From: the human T2T-CHM13v2.0 reference genome, Homo sapiens
Length of the DNA: 64,000 nucleotides
Direction: 5' to 3' (one strand)
Assembly (NCBI RefSeq): GCF_009914755.1
Contig: NC_060928.1
Positions 28,231-39,915 of the stretch are shown in pieces. The position numbers and the translations under genes were made by a program. The notes beneath the pieces were generated by a model that ran no database searches, had not been told where the DNA came from, and worked only from the letters and a program-made list of their open reading frames with translations. Position 1 is the stretch's first letter; the number at the start of each line of letters is the position of its first letter.

Positions 28231-28719
28231 TGCCCTTAACTTAGCTCTCCTTTCCACTAATTCTTACCGTGGTGGTGATGTGGTGAGAATCAGATGTCCT
28301 ACATGTAAGGGGATCTGCTGTAGGCAAAGAACTCTGGAAAAAAGAACCTGAGCATTTTCGTGGAAGAGTGACCCAGTTGCTCTGACCCCCTTCTGAGTGT
28401 GTCTCCATAGTCACAAAACGGAAAAAAATCTGAGTTCTTACTCTAACCATTTGGATAAAAATAAATCTCTCCAGGGGAAAGATAACGCTAGAGTCTCCAG
28501 CTTTGTAACTTCTGGGATGCATCTACTGGGTCTCATCTTCTCTTGAAATGTAAATATATATCCCTAGTGAGGTAAATCCCTCAGGATGGCCCCTAACCAT
28601 GTTCTTTCCGTGAATTAATTTCAAGAGCTAGTTCTTAGTGTAGAGCCGAAGTCTGAGTAAAATTTGTTGAGAAAGTTCTTACTATGCATAAATAACTTTA
28701 TTTACAGCCTAACACTATC

Positions 28720-29320
28720 CATTAAAATCAGTAAGAGAAAGACAAACTAATCCAAAATGACCCTGCAATCGGGGCTCTAAAACAATGCAGATTGACTGTA
28801 ATTGTTAAAATGAATTTGGAAAGTATTTGACCTTATCTGTTAAAATTAAGTATATGCATACTCTGTGACCAATAATTCTGCTACTATCATCCAACAGGAA
28901 CACATAAACATATTCAGCAAATGTACAAAATGGTTTATTAAAGAATTATTCATAACAGCTTAAATTGGAAGTTTTGCAGTTATCCATCAAGAGTAAAATA
29001 AACACATCATAGCATATATATACATACATGGAGTATTATCATGCAAGAAGGATAAATGGTATACCCAAGAGAGCTTTGATGACTCTCCCAAATACATTTC
29101 TGAGTAAGAGAAGCCATCCAGAAAAGAATATATATTGTTTAATTCTATTATAAAAGTTCAAAAATAGGTTAAAAAAAGTCTGTTATTAGCAATCAGAATA
29201 ATAATTACTTGCAGATGGAGCAGATGGTAATTTAAGGGAATTTTATTGTGAAATATGTACAATCACTTTGTTAAAATTAATTAACTATATACTATTTGTG
29301 TATTTCAATAAAAACGTTTA
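28720..29320 (+). mobile_element. L1ME 3' end
   Basis: TATGCATACTCTGTGACC..ATTCATAACAGC..CTGAGTAAGAGAAGCCA..AAAGTTCAAAAATAGG..CACTTTGTTAAAATT..TTCAATAAAAA. Confidence 0.75.
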
Positions 29321-29368
29321 ATAAACTATCTCATCGTTGTTATTTACATTTCTTAAATAGCATTTAGG

Positions 29369-29987
29369 CATGGGTGAAAAGGTTTAACTTGACTGGCCTG
29401 AATTGCTCAAATACTGTACATTCCAAAGAGGGGTCCCTCTGCAGGACTAGACCTTAGTCTAGGAGTTCATCTCTGAGCCCTTGGAGTATTTTGCTTGATA
29501 AAAGTGTTGTTGTTTTCCTGAAGTCTTGGGCCATACTCTCCCAGTTCGACCAGAAAAGGTTATGTTATCAACGTGACTTATGTGAACATCTGTTTTTACT
29601 CTGGGTGTAGGAAGAAAGTTGTGCTGAAATGTCATGGAGCTGAGGTCAATCATATGGGCATTACATGACTATGTGACTGATCCCAGTAAACACCTTCGAC
29701 AACTAGGCTCCAGCGAGTGTTCCTGGTTGGCAATGCTTTGCACTTTACATATTGTTGCTGGGATAATTAAACATGTCCCCCTGCAACTGCTCTGGGAGGG
29801 GAGACACCTGAGAGCTTGGACTTGGTTTCTCCTGGAGTTCACTTCATTTGTCTTTTCTCTTAGCTGACTTCTATCTGTACTGTTTTTACTGTAATATACT
29901 GTAACAATGAGTACAACAGCTTCTGATTCCCTTAGAGACCTCCAATAAATTACCAGGTCTCAAGTGGTCTTGAGAACCCCTGGCATA
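29369..29987 (+). mobile_element. MER77-type LTR (MER21 group, ERVL)
   Basis: GAAAAGGTTTAAC..TTGCTCAAATACTGTACATTCCAAAGA..CTCTGAGCCCTTGGA..TTCCTGGTTGGCAAT..GTAACAATGAGTACAACAGCTT..GTGGTCTTGAGAACCCC. Confidence 0.8.
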
Positions 29988-30484
29988 TTACTGAACTTAA
30001 AGTTTTCAGAATATCTGTATTTGATATATTCCATGGCAAGCACTATATCCATCATACTTTTTCATTTATTGACATAACTCCAAATATTTCCACATATCTA
30101 AAATTCAGGAAAGTAACCCTATCCTTACCTCTGAGGATAAAGCTTGTTAAGTATAGGTAAACCATGACAATTTAAATTCACCTGTTTGTGATTGACTTTT
30201 TTTAATGACTGTTTTTAGTCAAGAAAATGTGAGGGTAGGTCTGCCAAGAGTTACTGAAAAGAGTTACATTTTCTAAAAAAAAAAAAATCCTCTTCTTTTC
30301 TCTTTGAGAATAATGTGTGGTATTTCTGAAATCATTGTCTGCCCATAAAGAGAGATTACTTACACAAAAAGTCTGTATAAAATATGACTACAAAGAAAGA
30401 TGAGGAAAAAATTATATTCTTGATTAATTTATTGATCTATTAAATTAATAGTCTTGGAAGTAGATCCCTCTTTGGACTTCCACT

Positions 30485-30787
30485 TAGAGACAGGGCCTTA
30501 CTCTATGGCCCAGGCTGGAGTGTAGTAGTAGTGCCACCATAGCTCATTGTGTAGCTCACCGCAACCTCAAACTCCTGGACTCAAGCAAACCTCCTGCCTC
30601 AGCCTCCCAAGTGGCTGGAATACAGACAGGTGCCACCATGACCACACCTGGCTATTTTTTTTTCAGTTGTAGAGCTAAGGTCTCCCTATGTTGCCCAGGC
30701 TGGTTTTGAACTCCTGGCCTCCAGTGAGCCTCCCACCTCAGCCTCCCAAAGTGCTGGGATTCCGGGCATAAGCCACCAGACCTGGCC
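30485..30787 (-). mobile_element. AluJ (Jo/Jr-like), tail lost
   Basis: GACAGGG, ATAGCTCA, CTCAAACTCCTGGACTCAAGC, CTATGTTGCCCAGGCTGG; small internal duplications. Confidence 0.9.
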
Positions 30788-30844
30788 TATTTATAGTTTA
30801 AATTTTCTCATCGTCTAAAATAAAAGATCTAAAACTAATTGTCT

Positions 30845-31173
30845 AAGTTGGCAGAGCAGTCAGAACACACACATTTATTGATTAAATTCATTGTCTTATA
30901 TAGATGTGGTTCATGGTGCCCAAAACAATTACAATAGTAACATCAAAGGTCACTGGTTACAGATTATCATATCAAATATAATTATAATTAAAAAGTTTGA
31001 AATATTGTGAGATTTACCTAGATATGGCACAGAGATACAAATGAACACATGCTATTAAAAAGTGGTGCCAATAAAGTTGCTTGATGCAGGGTTGATATAA
31101 ACCTTCAATTTGTGAAAAACACATTATCTGTGAGGCCAAGTGAAGCAAAGCACAATCAATTGAAGTATGTCTA
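30845..31173 (-). mobile_element. Tigger1 terminal fragment
   Basis: GAGCAGTCAGAACACAC..CCAAAACAATTACAATAGTAACATCAAAG..AAACCTTCAATTTGTGAAAAAC..GAAGTATGTCT; strand assumes the recalled consensus orientation. Confidence 0.88.
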
Positions 31174-31194
31174 TATTCCACTGCCTTTGTAGAG

Positions 31195-31348
31195 TGTATA
31201 TAGTTGTATTATATAACATATATAATATATATACAAATATATATAATATATATATATTTGGGTATATGTAATATATATTATATATATTTGTATATATATT
31301 ACACGTATATATTGTATATGTATATATTATACATACATATAGTGTGTG

Positions 31349-31394
<46 letters not shown>
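31195..31394. repeat. (TA)n-rich low-complexity tract
   Basis: Direct reading; pure (TA)n at ~31353-31393. Confidence 0.95.
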
Positions 31395-31398
<4 letters not shown>

Positions 31399-31732
31399 AT
31401 GGACTGTGTCTTGTTTCCCCAAAATTAATATATTGAAGCCTTAACTCTCAACGTGTTAGCATTTGGAGGTGGGACCTTTGGAAGTAATTAGGTTTAGATG
31501 AGCCCATAAGGATGGGGTCTTCATGATGGGATTAGTGCTCTTATAGGAAGAGACCAGAGAGCTAACGCTTTCTATTCGCTATGTAAGTACATAGGAAAAA
31601 GGCAGCCCTTTGAAAGCCCAGAAGATGACCCTCCTCAGACTTGCCAGGTTCAAGAACTATAAGAAATAAATGTCTATTGTTCAGACCAGCGCCTATCTTA
31701 TTTTTATATAGCAGGCTGAGCTTACTAAAACA
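31395..31732 (+). mobile_element. MLT1A0 MaLR solo LTR
   Basis: TGTTATGGACTG..CCCCAAAATT..ATTTGGAGGTGGGACCTTTG..ATGATGGGATTAGTG..AGAAATAAATGTCTATTGTT..ACTAAAACA. Confidence 0.88.
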
Positions 31733-33053
31733 ATTATTAAGAAAAAACAGCAAAGCAAACAAAAGCAACTATGTTTAAAACTCCTGGAAAAATAATTTAT
31801 CTTCTGTGCAGCTGTTTTTTAAGATTTTCCTTTAATGTATTTCCTCTCATTTTTCTTGCATCTTATTTGGAGTCTGTAGTAGCATAGTTCTTAATTTGCT
31901 TATCAAGTAATTTACATCATGTTAAACATGAATTTCAACCAGCAAAGAATATTATTAAAACTTCTGGACTAATGTTATTCCCTTGTATTCTTTCCTACTA
32001 CCCGGAAATGCTTTTGCTGGCAATGATTTCTCCTTTGATATTGTGAAGTTTTGGGCCATTGTTAGAGAAACAGGTCCACTTGCCGATTAGCAGGCAGTAG
32101 GCTTTGTGACCTAAGTTCAGTAACAGAAAATCATTAGTTTCTCTGGCAATTTGATACAACATGCTTCATATATTCCAAAATTCATCAATTTTCTGGTCTG
32201 TTGATGTCCTCCTTTATTATGTTAAAGAGTTGCTACAGTATAGTTTATTCATAATGCTATTTTCAGTTGAATTACTAGAGCTCCACTTTAGCATTTTAAA
32301 ATCATATTATCACATGTTTATTTCCAAATTAACAGGGCAATAAAAATCCTCTCTTAAAAATCGGGGATATAAGTATTCATCTCTGTTTATGTAAAAATAT
32401 TAAAAAATTAGAAGTGAAATATCACAGAAGATATTTTAAATATGAAGACAAATAATGAAATAAGGAGAATTTTAAAAGCCAAATATTTTGGATCAGAGTA
32501 AGAAGTTAGGGGTAAAAGATAAAGGTTATCCAACAACCTTTCGCAAATGAAGCCAAAAAAGTAGGTTTGTGCAACAGTGAATAACTAAAATTACAACTCT
32601 TTTATATTTCATTAAAAAACATGCCCTTTTTCAAAATGTCAGATCGGTTTCATCACACCATAAAATTATTTACCCAAAGTTAAGGAAAAATAGCATGCTG
32701 TCATATAAGTAGAAAATTTAAATATACAATTGATATTTAACTTTCTCTAAGCAATGTAAAGATTGCTTTTAAGCCATCTAACAGAGTTGTATTTATTATT
32801 AGGGATCAAAAAGTGTGTAAATTAGCACAATATATTTTATATAAAATGAATCTGATTGTGTTTTCTCTTATGAATATACAATTATAATTCTGAATTTTGA
32901 ATTTATTCTTAAACAAATAAAAACAACTGCTATACCTGAATTCTTGTTTTATGTCACTCTCGTGCATATTTTTTACTATCTATATTTTAGGCATTTTATA
33001 GGTTAAGCATGCGCAGTTGGTGCTTACTAAATATAGCCTAGCAATGCTCCCTG

Positions 33054-33763
33054 TTTCTTTTTTTTAATCTTTAATTTCAGGGGTACATGTGCAGGTTTGT
33101 TATATAAATACATTTGCATCATGGGGGCTTGTTTTACAGATTAATTCATTACCCAGGCATTAAGCCTATGATTCATTAGTTATTTTTCCAGATCGTCTCC
33201 CTCCCCCGACCTTCTGCCCTCTTGTAGGCCCCGGTGTCTGTTGTTCCCTTCTTTGTGTGCATGTGTTCTCATCATTTAGATCCCACTTACAAGTGAGAGA
33301 ATGTGGCATTTGTTTTTTCGTTCCTACATTCATTTGCTAAGGATAATGGCCTTCAATTCCATCCATATTCCTTCAGAACACATGATCTCGTTCCTTTTTA
33401 TGGCTACATCTTATTCCCGGGTGTATATGTTCAACATTTTATTTATCCAGTCTTTACCATTGATGGCCATTTAGGTCTATTCCATGTCTTTGTTAATGTG
33501 AATAGTGCTGCAGTGAACATATGTGTGCGTGTGTCTTTATAATAGAACAATTTATATTCCTTTGGGTATATACCCAGTAATGGGATTGCTGGGTCTAATG
33601 GTAGTTCTGTTTTTAGGTCTTTGAGGAATCACCACACTGTTTTCCACAATGGCTGAATTAATTTACATTCTCTTTAACAGTGTATAGTGTTCCTTTTTCT
33701 CTGCAACCTTGCCAGCACCTGCTATTTTTTGACTTCTTAATAATAGCCATTCTGACTGGTGTG
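33054..33763 (-). mobile_element. 5'-truncated L1PA13-16-like 3' end
   Basis: GGGGTACATGTGCAGGTTTGTTA..CATGGGGG..TATACCCAGTAATGGGATTGCTGGGTC..AATAGCCATTCTGACTGGTGTG; degraded TSD CTCCCTGTTTCTT/CTTACTGGTTCTT. Confidence 0.9.
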
Positions 33764-33767
33764 CTTA

Positions 33768-33941
33768 CTGGTTCTTAATCTCACCCACATCTTAGAATAA
33801 TGTGGAACATTTCAAACTACCCACATCTCCTTCTAAAAACTGAAGTTCTGTTTTAACTGGACTTTAGTAGAGCCAAGAAATGAGTATTACTTAAAATCTT
33901 GCCATGTGATTCTACCAGGAAGCCAGGGTTCAGAGCCATGG
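33768..33941. mobile_element. MER5-like hAT MITE
   Basis: TGGTTCTTAATCT..TTAGAAT..GTGATTCTA..GCCAGGGTTCAGAGCCA. Confidence 0.55.
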
Positions 33942-34680
33942 ATTACATTTTTAATATAAATACACATTATTAGTTGAAGTGGTTTTAAGTTAGGATAGCT
34001 GTAACGTTGATTGAAAGGGGAATACTTAAAACAGAACCCTGCCTTGGGTCGTCAAGACTTAAAAAATTCTTCTGTTTTTATTCTATTAAATATAATCATG
34101 CATTCATTTACTTTAGCATTTATAATTCTAAAACACATTGCAAATTTCACAAAACTACCATTTTCTAAATGTCAGCACTCTAAATACAACATTTATTTTT
34201 TAAAGTAGTATATTCACTTCAAATTCCATTGCTGTGTCAAGAGTTAGTTGAACTTAAAATATAATTGTTACTCAGCAAAAATAGAAAGATGTTAGCTGAC
34301 TGTGTCAAAAGAAATATTTTAACACTGATTTCATTTTTACTAAATGAATTTTTCTTTATGTTTTATGCATAAGCTTCCCTGCTTTCTATTTTTTGTGGTT
34401 TAAATAAAGAACCATGATTATCTGTATAACTGATTGCTCAAAGTAATTAATCATTTTTCTTATGAAATTACCAGGGTAAATTAAGAATCTTATAATTACA
34501 GAGTTTTCTCTTGTCTAGAGGAAACATACTGAGAAACTGTGTTAGGAAATTATTATTTCAAAACCCAGTCTAAGTTCTTAGCCACTGGACTTTAAAAAAA
34601 ATACATATTACATATACTTTTTCTAACATGATTGAGAATATAGTTTGTTTCAGATTTCCACATTTCTTAAATGAAAACAA

Positions 34681-34985
34681 TAAAGAATTCAAAAGGCAAA
34701 AGGTACTGTAAAAAAAAGGTATTTGATCTCATGTAAATGAGAATCCTACACTCTCACTGAATTTTACTAGAGGGGAACTTATTGTCACATCAGGTTGTTT
34801 GTTCAAGATACTATTTCTGATGTATTTTATTAAAGAATTCAAAAGGCAAAGGTATTGTAAAAAAAGTTATTTGATCACATGTAAATGAAAATTTTACCTT
34901 CTTATTGAATTTTACTAATTAGAGGGGTAATTATTCTCGCATCAGATTATTTGCACAAGATACTATTTCTGATCTATTTTATTAA
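34681..34985. repeat. Two-copy ~150-bp tandem duplication
   Basis: TAAAGAATTCAAAAGGCAAA...CAAGATACTATTTCTGAT.TATTTTAT repeats at 34681 and 34831. Confidence 0.95.
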
Positions 34986-36355
34986 AAGTCACCATTTATT
35001 ATTGGTTTTCATCTCATGTTATATATGCAAATGAAACTCCTTTGAGTATGCAATGGTTATTTACTGCAGTGAATATTGTATAATCATATTTATCAAAATG
35101 TTCTTCTTTGAAATATTTTTCTAATGCTTATTAGCAAACAGTTTTTATATTTGAGAAAGTAAAACTTGGACTTTAGAATCAGATTTAGGCCATATGGTAA
35201 GCCAGTTGCCTGAAAAATCTTCATAACAAATGCTAATATTGATGAATTTTGGAGATGTCATTATATATGTATACCTAAAACTACAGGAAAACAAAGAAAA
35301 TTACCAATGCCAGAAACACAGGCAACACTTAAAACCAGCAAGACCAGTTGCTCTGACTTTTCTGGATGGCAAGAGAGATGGACCCAGCAATTTATAAATT
35401 TGGATTTTCTTAAGGCTCATCAGCGAAGGGGTGATGCATAGCTGGACCTAGATTGAAAGAGTAAAGAAAAATACTTTTTAACCAACCCAGTATAATTAAG
35501 AAGTTTGTCTGTAAATACTAGAACAATTGGTAGAAAAAACAAATATATATTCTCCCCTGAGAATCTGTAACATCAGGATTATCCATCATGTGTTGTTTGA
35601 CTTCAAACTTATAAATTGCACAGCCTTGAACCATGAACCATCAAATTAACAAATTAACATATAGATTATTTTCTGGCCATTGTTACACTGGAAGTTTGGT
35701 GGAAGAGATGCAAAATCATTCCAGAGCAAAAGCTGAAAATTTTTTTCTGCAAAGGGCAAAATAATAAACATCTTAGGCATTATTGACCATTTTAAAGAGC
35801 AGCTTATAGTCACCAAAAGGAATATCAACAAACTAGAAAATGAAGATGAAGAATTATCCAGAATGCAGAATATGAACCAAAAGATAGAACATAAGATAAG
35901 CTGAAAGACATGGAGGATTGAATAAAACTATCCAAGGAATATCTAAAAGAAATTCTGAAAAGAGAATAGTAAGAATAAAAATAATGGGATTATAATAGTT
36001 TGCTTCTACTTCTGGGATGAATGTAGTAGTTGTATAAGACTACTGTTATTAAAATGACAAGAAAAAGCTGGATAAATTATAAAAGCCACATATTTTTTAA
36101 AGCATGAGGGAACTGTAGAAGCAATGATGAATAGATGAACTAAGAGTACAGACATACCTGAGTGTTCCAAATGGGCGAAAGAGCATGATGTATTCATAGC
36201 ATCTACTAGTCAATTCTGGCACAAATTAGGAAGTAGAAGGCATGTTCAATGGAGGCAAAACAGTAATATATATAAACATGTGGGTAAGTCTAAAGAAGCA
36301 TTTGCTATATTGAATCAAACAAATACAACAAAGTAAAACAAATACTAGAGAACAT

Positions 36356-36783
36356 TGTTAAGCTGAGTTAAGTTTGGCTCAAAGTGCCCATTGTACTTGC
36401 CTAATTAAATTTGGCCCAAAGCGGCATCCATACATAGTGACTGTACTCTAACTTAATGTGTAAATAAGTTGTAAGCTAATGTAGATGTATAGACTTGTAA
36501 CCAAGCAACTGAGCCTCAACCAATCATAGGAGCCAAACCCTTAGTCAATCCCAGGCTGAATGCTGCCAAATTATGCCCAAATAAGGCAAATATTGAACTG
36601 CACCAATCAGGGAAACTCTGAATATAATTTTCTATGTTCTGGTTATAAATACATCTCACCACTCTGGATGTGGAGTCACTCTGAACAATCTTTGTTCTGG
36701 GATGGTGCCTAGTTCTCAAACCTTTTTCTTGGTCAAATAAACTTAGTGAAATTTAACATGTCTTAGTTGTATTTTTTTAAACA
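36356..36783 (+). mobile_element. MER57-family solo LTR (ERV1)
   Basis: TGTTAAG..AAGTTTGGCTCAAAG..TACATAGTGACTGTA..CCAATC..CAAATAAGGCAAA..TATAAATA..AATAAAC..TTTAAACA; perfect TSD ACAT (36352-36355 and 36784-36787). Confidence 0.85.
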
Positions 36784-37384
36784 ACATTCAAAGACCTACA
36801 AAATAGGACAGGGAACTTGTATTTAGACTATACTGTCTAAATGCAAGTTATTTATGCTAGTTATTTGTGTGTTATAGAGAATATAGTGATATTGATATAC
36901 TTTAAGTCATTTATATACATCGGGAAGAGGAAAAAAAAAGTTACCCAATTCAATGCAAGTCAAACGAAGAAGCAGAACAGAGCTAACAGAAAAACATGAT
37001 AAGAGTTAAAGAAGATGGGAGCTCAAAGAGGAAAACTATCACTGAATTTGGGGAACTTTTCCTTGCAAGCCAAGTTAACTTTTGTTCAGATAGAATTCTC
37101 AGATGAAAAAGACAGAAATTATAGTCTATGGCTGACGAAATATAGAGAGTCTGCCCAGAGACTTTTGCTATTCTAAGCTAGAATCATAAGGTTAATATAC
37201 TCCAATGAAGGAGAAAACAAGAACCAGCTCTTGAGCATACTTGAAGTCTGGGACCAAATCTGAGTTGTTCAGATACTCATATTTTCACCCTGATTTAAGA
37301 TGATCTGATATGGGTAATGCTTGCATAAGCAAAACTTCTGGAGGAACTTATCTCCATAGTAGACAACAAGGTAATCTTAAACTA

Positions 37385-37548
37385 TCCTGACACTAATTGG
37401 GTGTATAAACTTGGCCAAGTCATTTTTCCCTTTGAGTCTCAGTTTCCTCAACTGTAACGTGAAAATGAAAGTAACTAACTTGTAGGTCTGTATTAAAAAT
37501 AAAGTCAATTATTTTGGTAAATCATTTGTATGCAATATAGTGTACATG
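37385..37548 (+). mobile_element. MIR
   Basis: CTTGGCCAAGTCAT..TGAGTCTCAGTTTCCTCAACTGTAA core. Confidence 0.8.
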
Positions 37549-39139
37549 AGAGAGAGAGAGAGAGAGTTTGTGTGCATGTGTTTAGAGAGATATGGAGAGA
37601 GAGACACACATACACAGAGAATCAGTATATTGTTAAGGATAACAGAACATCCAGAAACAAATCAACAGACAAGAAAAACAATTTAAATAATATAATTATC
37701 AGACAGAAGTTAAAGAACAAAACATACGCTTAAAGATGCACACAGGAAAATACAAATATGATCATGGTAGATTTAGAAAGGAAATACCTGCTAGAAGTAA
37801 CAGAGAATTACTAGAAAATTAATGAAGTACAGTAGGAAGAAAGAAAATAAATTATTGAAGAAAAGTTTCAAGATATGAAGGATAGAGTTAAACGTTAATA
37901 TATGTCTAAACTTTACCAGGAAAAGGGAGACAAAGGCAATAACTAAGGAAATAATAGAGAATGTTTTTAGTACTGATTGAAGACAGATATAAGCAGATTT
38001 AAGCAGGTCAACAAATTCTGAGTGGAGTAAGAAAAGTACAATGAAGAAAACAAAAGACAAAGCCAAAATTCTGTAAAGCAGCCTGAAAATAAGGCTTATT
38101 ACCATTAAATAACAACATTTCAGTCTATAGAAACTTACATCCTAGGAGAGGGAATACTTTAAATAAAAAAGTAATGGATGAAAAGAGAAAAACCCCATCA
38201 AGTGGGATAACTGTTATCCATAAAGAAGTAGCAGGTGAGATGGGGAGTGAAAAAACAAACATATATCAATCCTCTTATTTTATGTATTATAGCTCAATTT
38301 TATTCCCATCTTTGATAATCCAAAAATTATACACTGATCAATATATCTGTTCTAAATGTTAAGATTCCAACAGGTAGATCATGTCTCTCAAAATGTGTTG
38401 CACATTGCCTCAACTGGAGGTTCATGATGCATATTAAAATAAGAAAGGCTTAGAGAATTCTTACAGCAAGGAAAACAATGTAAGTTTATTTAATTTAGTG
38501 TTTTAGCTATATATTTAATAATTATTTTAGGTAGGCAGTTGGTTAAAGACAATAGAAATTACTTGGAATTTAAAGCAAGCAAAAATGAATGCGTTGGAAA
38601 AGCACAACACAGCTTTTAGAATTGACAAAAAAGTAGGTGAACCAGGCTCAGGCAGGATTCAGAGAGCAAGTCAGAACCAATATCAGAAAAAGGAAGTTCT
38701 GCTTTTCATGTGGCTATTGTCCTGTCAGTCATGACCGCTGGCCACTGCCAGCAAAGCATGCACAGGCATTTTCCGGAATGCTGCTGGGCTCTGCTTTAGC
38801 TTGTCACTTCCCACTTTACCATTGGATTCCAAAAACCTATCCATCTGACAGGAGTAATTTCAGACTCTCTGCCTACTTCTTACCTTGCAAGGTTAAAAAT
38901 GCAAGGAATGAGTGGCTATTCTTGGGTCTCTGGTTTACATTTTAGCCTCCAGGTGGTGGGAAGAGAAAAATCTACTCACAAACAGCTTCAAAACGGAAAG
39001 GCCCTATATTGGCATTCCTACATAAAAGAAAGTACTGGGGAGCTTGACAAATGGACATTTGTCTTCAAAGAACACATATTCTCCTTTAGACAAAGTTTGC
39101 ACTTATATAGCACAATTAACCTACTTCTTATCAATCAAT

Positions 39140-39915
39140 AAAACGAAGAGACAATTACAGAACAGGATAAGATGTTTGCAAACTATGTATTCAACAAGGT
39201 TTAATATCCAGAATATATAAGGAACTCAAAAAACTCAATAGCAAAAGAAAAAGTTGATTAAAAAATGGACAAAAGAAGACATACAAATGGCCAAAAATAT
39301 ATAAAGAAATGCTCAACATCATTAAGCCTCAGAAAAATGCAAAACAAAACCACAATGAGCTATTACCTTACCCCAGTTTAAATGATGGATATTATCAAGA
39401 AGACAAAATATAACAAATGGAAACAATAATGTGGAGAAAGAGGAATGTTATACACTGTTGGTGGGAATATAAAATAGTATAGCTGTTATGAAAAGCAGTA
39501 TGGAGGTTCCACAAAAAATAAAAAAGAGAACTATTGTATTACCCAGCAATCCCACTACTGGGTACGTAATCAAAAAAAATGAAATTAGTATGTCAAAGAG
39601 ACATCTGCACCCAGGGATATTGAAGCATCATTCAATATGGAATCTGCCTAAATGCTCATCTAACAATAAATGGATAAAGAAAATGTGGTGTATAAATATC
39701 TATCTATCTATCTATTTGTCTATCTATCTATCTGTCATCTATCATCTATCTATTTATCATCTATCTATCCACCCCCCCACACACCAGAACAATATTCAGC
39801 CATAAAATGCTGTTATTTTTAGCAATGTGGATGAAGTTGGAGGACATTTTGTTAAGTGAAATAAGCCAGGCACAGAAAGACAAACACTGCATGATCAAAT
39901 TCATATCTGGAGTTT
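39140..39915 (+). mobile_element. L1MA-type ORF2 end and 3' UTR, with internal (TATC)n at 39697-39770
   Basis: TTAATATCCAGAATATATAAGGAACTC..TACACTGTTGGTGGGAAT..CAGCAATCCCACTACTGGGT..GTTAAGTGAAATAAGCCAGGCACAGAAAGACAAA. Confidence 0.9.

Larger units (their letters stand above)
35180..38110 (+). mobile_element. Patchwork of ancient L1M 5'UTR/ORF1 fragments (interrupted by a MER58B piece, MER57 and MIR)
   Basis: A-rich ORF1-like tracts (GAAGAATTATCCAGAATGCAG, GAAAGACATGGAGGAT, AAGATATGAAGGATAGAG, AAAATTCTGTAAAGCAGCC); boundaries very approximate. Confidence 0.5.
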
